Shown: in pieces, positions 54,191-64,000 of the stretch
Layout: the number at the start of each line of letters is the position of its first letter
How positions within the stretch are numbered: the first letter of the stretch is position 1
Source: Octopus sinensis
Lineage: Eukaryota
Direction of reading: 5' to 3'
Assembly (NCBI RefSeq): GCF_006345805.1
Contig: NW_021835461.1
Coordinates: 12,086 to 76,085, forward strand
Length of the DNA stretch: 64,000 nucleotides
The notes under the pieces: model-generated
Told to the model about the DNA's origin: nothing
The model's input: only the letters and a program-made list of their open reading frames with translations
Databases searched by the model: none
Translations under genes and position numbers: made by a program

Positions 54191-54626
54191 TAATAATAAT
54201 GATAATAATAATAATAATATAATAATAATAATAATATAATAATAATAATAATAAAAATAATAATAATATTATAATAATAATAATAATAGTAATAATAATA
54301 ATGAAAAAATAATAAAATAATAATAATAATAAGAAGAATAAAAAGAAAAATAATAATATAATAATAATTATAATAAGAATAATAATAAAATAATAAGAAG
54401 AATAAGAATAATAATAATAATAAGAAGAAAAAGAATAATAAGAAGAATAATTATAAGAAAATTAATAATAATAATAATAATAATAATAAGGAGAAGAATT
54501 TTAATAATAATAGTAATAATGGGAAAAATAATAATACTAAGAAGAAGAAGAAGATGAATAATAATAATAATTAGAATAAGAAAAATAAGAATAAGAATAA
54601 TAAGAAAAATTTTAATAATAATAATT

Positions 54627-54658
<32 letters not shown>

Positions 54659-55270
54659 AATAATAAGATTTATAATAAGAATAATAATAATAATAATAAA
54701 AAAAAATAAGAAGAATAATATAATAATAATAATAATAATTATAGGAAGAATAATAGTCATAATAATAATAAAAAATAACAATAAGAATAATAATAATGAA
54801 AATAATAATAATAATAATAATAATAATATAATAATAACAATAATAATAATAATAGTAATAATAATAACAATAATAATAATAGTAATAATAATAATAGTAA
54901 TAATAATAAGAAGAAGAATAAAAAGAATAATAATAATAGTGATAATAGTAGTAGTAGTAGTAGTAGTAATAATAATAATAATAATAATAACAATAATAAT
55001 AATAACAATGATCATATTAACAATAATAATAATAACAAAAGTAATGATAACAATAATAATAATAACAATAATAATAATAACAATAATATTAATAACAATA
55101 ATAGTAATAACAATAATAATAATAATATTAATATTAATAATATTAATAATGATAATAATAATAGTAGTAGTAGAAGTAGTAATAATAATAATATTAATAA
55201 TAAAAATAATAACAATTATAATAATAACAATAATAATAATAACAGTAATAATAACAATAATAATAATAAA
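48785..55270 (+). repeat. Long compound (AAT)n/(AAG)n tract
   Basis: Directly visible; shares diagnostic sub-motifs with 23028-25845. Confidence 0.95.
50162..50338 (+). mobile_element. Family B 3' part inserted in the AAT tract
   Basis: GACACGTAAAAGCACTCACTACACTCTCGGAGTGG...GGAAAGCGGACGTTAAATGATGATGATG. Confidence 0.85.
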
Positions 55271-55362
55271 GAGGTAAAGACCCCCTTCGGTCTTGAATGA
55301 CCATGGGATTGCACCTAGAAAGTTGCCTTCCTAGACACAAGTCCGGGCAAGGTTGTTTATGA
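55270..55362. repeat. Short interspersed-repeat fragment within AAT tract
   Basis: GC-richer island AAGACCCCCTTCGGTCTTGAATGACCATGGGATTGCACCTAG...GGCAAGGTTGTTTATG in otherwise pure AAT DNA; family not determined. Confidence 0.45.
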
Positions 55363-55677
55363 AATAACAATAATAATAATAATATTGATAATAATAATAA
55401 CAAAAATAATAATAATAATAACAATAATAATAACAACAACGATAATAATAACAATGATAATAATAACAATGATAATAATAACAATGATAACAATAACAAT
55501 GATAATAATAACAATGATAATAATAACAATGATAATAATAACAATGATGATAATATTAATGATAATAATAACAATGATAATAATAACAATGATATTAATA
55601 ACAATGATAATAAAAACAATAATTATAATAACAATAATTATAATAATAATAATAATAACAATAATAATAATAACAAA

Positions 55678-56693
55678 GTACGGCAACTATTGTTGCAAAG
55701 AAGGTGAAAATGATGGCAATGAAAAAAGCGCACGAGCAATTGGCTGATAGGTGGGAGGAGAAACCTCTGCACGGCAAATATGTGACCCGCAGCAAACAAG
55801 CTGATGTTGACCAGAAGCAAGCCCATCAGTGGCTGCGGAGCTCAGGGCTAAAAGCAGAGAGCGAAGGTTTCATCCTGGCTGCTCAAGACCAAAGCCTATT
55901 AACCCAGAACTACCAGGCCAATGTGATGAAAAATGGAGCAGACCCAAAATGCCGATTCTGCAACGACATGATTGAAACAGTGGACCACCTAATCTCTGGA
56001 TGTAAAGTCTTAGCACCAGTGGAGTATAAATTAAGACATGACAGAGTTGGCCAATATCTACACTGGCTAATAAGTCGGCATTACAATATCAAAACTGCCG
56101 ACAAGTGGTATAATCACCACCCTGAGGCTGTAACTGAAGGAGAAAATGTAACCATTCTGTGGGACTGCCAGTACATACAGACCGAACCATCAAGGCCAAT
56201 AAACCAGATATTGTTGTGAAAGACCAAAACAATAAAGTTGCTTATTGATCGACATGAGCATCCCCTGTGATCATAATATATCAGCGAAAGAGTTTGACAA
56301 GCTCAGAAAGTATAAAGACCTACTCATTGAAATTGAGAAAATGTGGCATCTCAAGGCGGTTACAATACCAGTGATCGTAGGAGCACTAGGAATGATCAAG
56401 AAGGGAACCGAAAATTATATGAGAATGATCCCTGGCTTACCATCCCTGCAAGAAGTGCAAAAGATTGTCTTAACTGGTACATCACACGTATTGAGAAGAG
56501 CATTGTCGATGTGAGAACCGTTGCTGCTCATGTATTTTAATTTAACTTAAAAAAAAAAAATTAAGAAAATGAACGAACTATTGAGTTTTTTTAATTGCCT
56601 ACCAATGCATACTATGGGTTTCTTTGCCCTAGGAGTCGGGAAGACACTCGGCAAGAAATGGAAGCAAATTTGAAAGAAGAAAAAAAAAAAAAA
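55678..56693 (+). mobile_element. 5'-truncated R4/Dong-clade non-LTR retrotransposon (CCHC finger plus restriction-like endonuclease, 3' UTR, A-rich tail)
   Basis: WLRSSGLKAESEGFILAAQDQSL..CRFCNDMIETVDHLISGC..RHDRVGQYLHW..ILWD; after a frameshift near 56166, PVHTDRTIKANKPDIVVKD; after a second near 56239, LLIDMSIP..KLRKYKDL..IPVIVGALG..VQKIVLTGTSHVLRRALSM* (stop 56512-56514); flanked by (AAT)n on both sides. Confidence 0.9.
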
Positions 56694-56724
56694 TAATATT
56701 AATAATAATAATAATAATAATAAC

Positions 56725-56762
<38 letters not shown>

Positions 56763-57009
56763 TAATAATAATAACAATAATAATAATAGCAATAATAATA
56801 ATAATAATAATATTAATAACAATAATAATAATAATAATATTAATAATAATAATAATAATAACATAATTATAAAATAATAATAATAACAATAATAATAATA
56901 ACAATAATAATAATACTATTAATAATTACAATAGTAATAATAATAATATTAATAATAATACTATTAATAATTACAATAGTAATAATAATAATAGTAATAA
57001 TAATAATAG

Positions 57010-57891
57010 ATAAATAGAAGTCATAAAAATTGAAGATTCATTTTAGTTTCGTTATTTTGTAAATATTTGAAATAAAAAGTATTTACTTAAAAATGAACGT
57101 AAATTTATTTTATTATTTATTTACTAGAATGACAAATGTTGTGGCCAGCGGAGCAGAGGTCATATTGTATTTTGTGCTTTGCAAGTTCCTATTTTAGTTG
57201 TAATATTTCCTAATTTGAACTTGAATGAATTTTTGTGAATTTCCTTGCTGCAAGATATAGATTTTTCATGACTCGAATTTAGGAATGTAAACTATTGTAT
57301 CAAAATGTGTATAACTTGAGATGAATCTTAACCTGATCATATCTGAACTGAGACTGCACATGCAGGAATCTAGATAATGTGTGTAATTTAAAAGATAGTT
57401 GTTTCTTATTGAGTAGAACAAGGCAGGCGGAAGAACTCATAAATACTACAAAGGTTTTATAAGCTCCATTGCTGTCCATTGCTTGACAGTTGTTGGACCT
57501 TAACCAGTTAACCATGTCCTTTGGTGGCTGACGATATGTGCATCTCTGTTCAAAAGCAGAAGTAGTGGGGGAGCATCATAGCCATGTGTTGAGAGGGATT
57601 CTTTGGGGTTTGACTAATTCACCTCTGGAAACATGCGTGTTTCGTTCAACACCCCTTATTCAGGGACCATTTGAATGGGATGGGCTACTCTACCAGAAGA
57701 AAATTCTAACTGGGTCCCACCTATAAGGTCATGTGCTGTTTATCTTGACATGAGATCACCATGTCGCGCACATATGGTTGTGATGCATGTGCCTGGTGTA
57801 CCCTTATCAGACGGGTAGTCATGATGGGTATATTGGGCTTCGTTTATTTTACCCCAGTGTCACTTTGATGGCATGAATTGCACTCTCACTC

Positions 57892-57926
<35 letters not shown>

Positions 57927-59495
57927 TAATAATAATAATAACAATAATAATATTAACAATAATATTAATAACAATAATAAAAATAACAATAATAATAATA
58001 ATATTAATAATAATAGTAATAATAGTTGTAGTAGTAGTGGTAGTAATAGTAGTAGTAATAATAATAATAATATCAATAATAATATTAATATTAATAATAG
58101 TAGTAGTAGTAGTAGAAGTAGTAATAATAATAACAATAATAATAATACCAATAATAATATAACAATAATAATAATAACAATAATAATAATAACACTAATA
58201 ATAGTAACAATAATAATAATACCAATAATAATAATAACAATAATAATAATAACATTGATAATAATAATAACAAAATAATAATAATATTAACAATAATAAT
58301 AATAACAATAATAATAATAATAATTACAATAATAATAACAACAACGATAATAATAACAATGATAATAATAACAATGATAATAATAACAATGATATTAATA
58401 ACAATAATAATAATAATAATAATATTAATAATAATAATAATAACAATAATTATAATAACAATAATTATAATAATAATAATAATAACAATAATAATAATAA
58501 CAATAATAATAATAACAATAATAATAATATATTAATAATAATAATAATACTATTAATAATTACAATAGTAATAATAATAATAGTAATAATAATATAGACA
58601 AATAGAAGTCATAAAATATTGAAGATTCATTTTAGTTTCGTTATTTTGTAAATATTTGAAATAAAAAGTATTTACTTAAAAATGAACGTAAATTTATTTT
58701 ATTATTATTTACTAGAATGACAAATGTTGTGGCCAGCGGAGCAGAGGTCATATTGTATTTTGTGCTTTGCAAGTTCCTATTTTAGTTGTAATATTTCCTA
58801 ATTTGAACTTGAATGAATTTTTGTGAATTTCCTGGCTGCAAGAAATAGATTTTTTATGACTCGAATTTAGGAATGTAAATTATTGTATCAAAATGTGTAT
58901 AACTTGAGATGAATCTTAACCTGATCATATCTGAACTGAGACTGCACATGCAGGAATCTAGATAATGTGTGTAATTTAAAAGAAAGTTGTTTCTTATTGA
59001 GTAGAACAAGGCAGGCGGAAGAACTCATAAATACTACAAAGGTTTTATAAGCTCCATTTGCTGTCCATTTGCTTGACAGTTGTTGGACCTTAACCAGTTA
59101 ACCATGTCCCTTAGTGGCTGACGATATGTGCATCTCTGTTCAAAAGCAAAAGTAGTGGGGGAGCATCATAGCCATGTGTTGAGAGGGATTCTTTGGGGTT
59201 TGACTAATTCACCTCTGGAAACATGCGTGTTTCGTTCAACATCCTTAAACACCCCTTATTCAGGGACCTTTTGAACGGGATGGGCTACTCTACCAGAAGA
59301 AAATTCTAACTGGGTCCCACCTACAAGGTCATGTGCTGTTTTATCTTAATATGAGATCACGATGTCGCACACATATGGTTGTGATGCATGTGTCTAGTGT
59401 ACCCTTATCAGACGGGTAGTCATGATGGGTATACTGGGCTTCGTATATTTTACCCCAGTGTCACTGATGGCTTTCACTGCTCTATCACTCAATAA
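57010..59495. repeat. Tandem duplication of an ~885-bp segment (57010-57895 and 58598-59495) separated by an AAT tract
   Basis: AAATAGAAGTCATAAAA..TTGAAGATTC through CACT..CTCACTCAATAATAA occurs twice, period ~1.59 kb. Confidence 0.95.
57485..57895 (+). mobile_element. (AAT)n-tailed retroposon-like element (duplicated at ~59075-59495)
   Basis: GC-richer segment ending CACTCTCACTC|AATAATAAT; family not determined. Confidence 0.5.
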
Positions 59496-60107
59496 TAACA
59501 TTCTTATCATCATCATCATCATCATCATCATCGACATCGCACAATATACATCATCGTGAGGTTGTTGACTGAAGATATCGTGTCTACCGGGGGTTTGTAC
59601 TATTTGTCAAGTCACAACAAGGACCTCAGACAGACAGCATTTTACGCAATAGGCATGCAGTTCCAGCTAATGCCGACTTTTGCAATACACCTAGATTGTA
59701 GGCTATTCCTAAAGTTTTCAGATATTTTTTCAGATTGGGCGATATTGAAACCAATGCTCCGATAACAATAGGGATAACCTAATATAAAAGAGACATTTAT
59801 TGAATAACATTATCTGAAGTACTGCTCTTCTCTTTCATTTAAGTTCTTTCATTTAAGTAGCCATCTCTGGCTCATATTGTTGAGAAAGACGGAACTTAAC
59901 AGAGTTACTAGACCAACACTTCAAATAACTAAGTGCAGAAAACCCCCCAAAACTATAAAAATAGTCCATACACATCCTTGTTTAGATAAAAAAAATATTA
60001 AAAACTTTCTTATTCCTCTTTACACCAGAGAGAGGAGAGAGGTTGCAGTATAATTTCAAAGTCTCTGTGAGTTTTACTGTGAGCAATACTTGATATTAAT
60101 CGAGTGT

Positions 60108-60300
60108 GAGGCGTCGAGCTGGCGGAATCGTTTGCACGTCTGGTGAAATGTTTTGCGGCGTTTCATCCGTCTGTACGTCAGGAGTTCAAATTTGCCTTTC
60201 ATCATTTCAAGGTCGATCAGTCAAGCACTGTGATCGTTACAAACGAGTGACAGCCTCGCCCGAAATTGCTGGCCTTGTGCCAAATTTTGAAACCGATATA
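60108..60300 (+). mobile_element. SINE (family C), diverged
   Basis: GGCGTCGAGCTGGCGGAATCGTTTGCACG...GAGTTCAAATTTGCCTTTCATC tRNA-like head; related to 4083-4275. Confidence 0.6.
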
Positions 60301-60444
60301 ATAATTACAATCACTTTTATTACTGCTTCGCTGGTTTAGGATATTTACCCAGACCGAAAGTAAACACTGCGACGACTTCCCTGTCAATTAAGCTGTAAGT
60401 TTTAATTTATGCATAAATTATGGCTGACAACTTTTCTATTTCTG

Positions 60445-60495
<51 letters not shown>

Positions 60496-60508
60496 GTCCC
60501 CCTCTCTC

Positions 60509-60565
60509 CAGAAATCAGTGTTATTAGGGACAGCTAAGATTCTTAGGAAAGTTCTCGGCATCTAA
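60509..60565 (+). pseudogene. Very short R4/Dong-like LINE C-terminal fragment
   Basis: QKSVLLGTAKILRKVLGI*, compare QKIVLTGTSHVLRRALSM* at 56.5 kb. Confidence 0.55.
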
Positions 60566-60614
60566 GGATATTAGGATTTTTTCCTTCTTTTCTTTTTCCT
60601 CCACGCTGATCTTC

Positions 60615-60700
60615 TGCAAAAATCCAGGTAGATCTCGCGACCGACAATATATCCTTATGATCGGGAGCCGAATAAACTGACCACTAAGCCAAGCGCTTTC
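60615..60700 (-). mobile_element. Degenerate tRNA-like SINE head
   Basis: rc GAAAGCGCTTGGCTTAGTGGTCAG..TTCGGCTCCCGATCATAAGG, A-box-like TGGCTTAGTGG. Confidence 0.45.
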
Positions 60701-60969
60701 ACACACACACGCGCGCACAAACATACGCACATACACACATAAACACACACAAACACACACAAACACACACAAACACACAAACACACAAACATAGTTTCGT
60801 AGATATTATAAATTTTAATATTGTGTATATATATATATCACACACACACACACTCATACACACAAACAAATATATTTTTGATGATATGTTTTTTTTAGTT
60901 TCAGGTCAGAGCTGCGGCCATGCTGATGCGCCGCCGTTAAATTATTAATTTTAATAATATAGTTTGTGC

Positions 60970-61001
<32 letters not shown>

Positions 61002-61009
61002 TATATATA

Positions 61010-61175
61010 GGCGCAGGAGTGGCTGTGTGGTAAGTAGCTTGCTTATCAACCACATGGTTCTAGGTTCAGTCCTACTACGTGGCATCTTGAGCAAGTGTCT
61101 TCCACGATAGCCTCGGACTGACCAAAGCCTTGTGAGTGGATTTGGTAGATGGAAACTAAAAGAATCCCGTCGCAT
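61010..61175 (+). mobile_element. Family A SINE 5' half
   Basis: GGCGCAGGAGTGGCTGTGTGGTAAG...GGTTCAGTCC...GATTTGGTAGATGGAAACT after (TA)n. Confidence 0.85.
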
Positions 61176-62058
61176 ACATACATACATATACATATATATA
61201 TATATATATTATATATATATATATTTCTCTGAGAGTTAGAGGTTGTGAAGCCAACCAACTAAGGGATAGCGCCTTTTAGTCACCATCTGGTTCCTTACAC
61301 TCATTAGTACGCTTATATACCAAATTTTCCCATGGTGGGTTCACCATCATAGGCACCTTATGCCATTCCATCCGCAAATTCGAACCTACTAGCTGGCACT
61401 TTACATATGAACTTTCACCTCTGTAACACCACTTTATTTCTATGTAAACATAATGTGAATTTCTATGCAAACATAATGCGAACTAATGCCTAAATTCGCC
61501 CTTCCTAAAAACTCCTCCCAAGAACGACTATACTCATCTATCCACCATTGGATGGAATAACATGGATCCTGGATTACACCAAGGAAGTTCGTAGTTTATT
61601 TCCCCTTTCTGTACCTAATTCATTTCAATAAGTTGTCCTTCTCTCACAGTCTCATGTTTGCTCCTATTGTTTTTCTGCTCTTTTCTATAATGACAAATAC
61701 ACTGCACCTATTGTTAATTGTTAATTATATGTATTAGCCCTCCTAACCACTTAGACCCTCTGAAGCAGCCTAGAGGCACACTCATCATCCAAACCTTATC
61801 TGCCCATCCCTACAGAACACTGAAGAGATGGAGATGGCATGGAGGATTTCGTTGCCTCTTAGCAGAAACGGCCGTAAGGAACTGATCTTTTGCTCTTTCC
61901 TGTAATATTAATACATGTGTGTGTAACACATGGTTACTACATGTGTATGTTTTCTTCTAATACTTTCTAATGCTTTCGAATAAAGAGACACACTGGAATG
62001 TCTACCGGATGATGCTTGCCGTTTCGTATCCACTCCATTATCTTATTTGCTATATGTA

Positions 62059-62120
<62 letters not shown>

Positions 62121-62124
62121 ATAT

Positions 62125-62166
<42 letters not shown>

Positions 62167-62181
62167 ATATATATATGTATA

Positions 62182-62598
62182 GGCGCAGGAGTTGCTGTTT
62201 CGTAAGAACCTTGCTTACCAACCACATAGTTCTGGATTCAGTCCTACTACGTAGCACCTTGGGCAAGTGTCTCCCACTGTAGCCTCGGATCGACCAAAGC
62301 CCTGAGAGTGGATTTGGTAGATGGAAACTGAAAGAATCCCGTCGCATATATATATATATATATATGCGTTTGTTGTTTGCGTCAGTGTTTGTCCCCCGTC
62401 CCCCTTCGCTTGGCAACCGTTGTTGGTGTTTTTATGTCCCCGACACTTAGCAGTTCGGCAAAAACATTGGGATAGAATAAGTACCAGGAGTGCAAAGAAT
62501 AAGTCCTGTATCGATTTATTCGATTAAAGCTGGTGATCCAGCATTGCCGCAATCAGATCAGTGAAACAAGTAAAAGAGTATAAAATAGTAAAAGAATA
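62182..62598 (+). mobile_element. Family A SINE, full length
   Basis: Head, central (TA)n, 3' body and AAAAGAAT-type tail. Confidence 0.9.
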
Positions 62599-62694
62599 TA
62601 TATATATGTATATATATGGTACGCACACACACACACATACACACGCGCGCGCGCGCAAAAACACACGGAGACACACACATATTTTCCTAGTTAT

Positions 62695-63008
62695 TAGTGT
62701 CTTCCACTATAGCCTCGGGCTGACCAACGCCTTGTGAGTGGATTTGGTAGAGCGAAACTGAAAGAAGCCTGTCGTTTATGTGTGTGTGTTTGCGCGTGTG
62801 TGCCTGTGTGTCGGGAGTTATACCCCCACCATCGCTTGACAACCGACGTTGGTGTGTTTATGTCTCCGTAACCTAGCGGTTCTGTAAAAGATATCGATAG
62901 AATAAGTACCAGGCTTACAAAGAATAAGTTTTGGAGTTTTTGACTAAAGGCCGTGCCGCAGCATGGCCGCAGTCAATTATCTCAAACATATAAAAGAATA
63001 AAAGAATA
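62695..63008 (+). mobile_element. Family A SINE lacking its head
   Basis: GTGTCTTCCACTATAGCCTCGGG...GCATGGCCGCAGTC..AAAAGAATAAAAGAAT. Confidence 0.85.
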
Positions 63009-63014
63009 TATTCA

Positions 63015-63015
63015 C

Positions 63016-63070
<55 letters not shown>

Positions 63071-63289
63071 TGCATATGTTTGTAATATGTCTGTGTGTGT
63101 ATGAGTTACTGCAATTAAAACAATGGCTGGTTTTTTGGTGTGACCTGAAATAAAGATAAGATTGTCTTTGTGCATTGTTTGTTGTTATATATATCTATCT
63201 ATGTATATATACATACACATACATACATATATGTGTGTATTATATGTATATATATATATACATATATACACATATATATATGTATATAT

Positions 63290-63335
<46 letters not shown>

Positions 63336-63603
63336 ATATAATATATATATATATATTATATATATATATGTATATATGTATATATGTCTGCATTATCCGT
63401 TTCTAGGTTTTTCATTTTTCAGATGTTCTTCCTAGAGGTAAGACAATTTTTTCATGTTTGTTGCACACACGCATCTTTACCAGTACATACGCAGTGAAGC
63501 TATACATTAGCGTCGTATTTATTGCGTTCGCTATTTTCCAGTAAATATCGGTGCTTCGTTGTGCCATTTATTTACTTTATATATATATATATATGTGTGT
63601 GTG

Positions 63604-63667
<64 letters not shown>

Positions 63668-63670
63668 CGA
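63015..63670. repeat. Cluster of (TA)n-rich microsatellites
   Basis: Three visible runs at ~63015-63070, 63185-63390 and 63577-63668. Confidence 0.9.
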
Positions 63671-64000
63671 GGGTACTGCATGAGTACCTGCATCGCTGAA
63701 AATAGAAGTCAAATGTACGTCTCTGCCAGACCCTGAATGAGGAGAAACAGGCACTTTTGTGTGCTAATTTCGAAACCCTGGTGTCAGATTGACTAGAATT
63801 ACTCGTGCTGATCTAGCAGAGCTAAGACCATTATATTGTTCACAGGATTTTTTTCCTGCCATGCGTATATTAGATTTGTGACTGTTCCGTGGCCGAGAAG
63901 TATTTTTGACCTCTATTTTTAGCGATGCACTTATTTATGTACCACCCTTGCGTATATATACATGTAAGTACATATTTTATATTGTATGTATATATTCTAT

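Noticed and set aside
23128-58273. Dozens of long ORFs (poly-I/N/L/Y and PKILPKNF/FRKF repeats, up to 412 aa)
   Set aside because: They are translations of AAT/AAG and A-tract satellites, open in several frames on both strands, with no splice or domain evidence
63664-63700. TA|CGAGGG mariner-like TIR start (also ~10932)
   Set aside because: Match of only 6-8 bp, with no partner TIR or transposase

Overview
AT-rich eukaryotic (animal) genomic DNA; the interspersed repeat families look like those I associate with octopus/cephalopod genomes (inference, not proven). No rRNA, true tRNA or CRISPR is seen. 1-23 kb: two spliced minus-strand coding exons (3620-3440 and 1891-1655, phase-compatible, PARP14/DTX3L-type N-terminal RRM-like modules) among many decayed mobile elements: tRNA-headed SINEs, a (GAT)n-tailed repeat family with an internal hairpin minisatellite, Helitron pieces, CR1, Penelope GIY-YIG, CRE-like LINE and two hAT remnants. 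23-55 kb: a ~32 kb compound satellite domain. Its core (28.3-48.8 kb) strictly alternates blocks of an A4T4/CCGAAA satellite (11-13 bp subunits) with blocks of a homologous AAT/AAG cryptic microsatellite, forming 1.9-2.8 kb higher-order repeats with local palindromic inversions. 55-64 kb: a 5'-truncated R4/Dong-type LINE inserted in (TAA)n, with an apparent empty-site copy in an adjacent tandem duplication, followed by SINEs and (TA)n tracts. Nearly all ORF-track calls in 23-58 kb are low-complexity artefacts.
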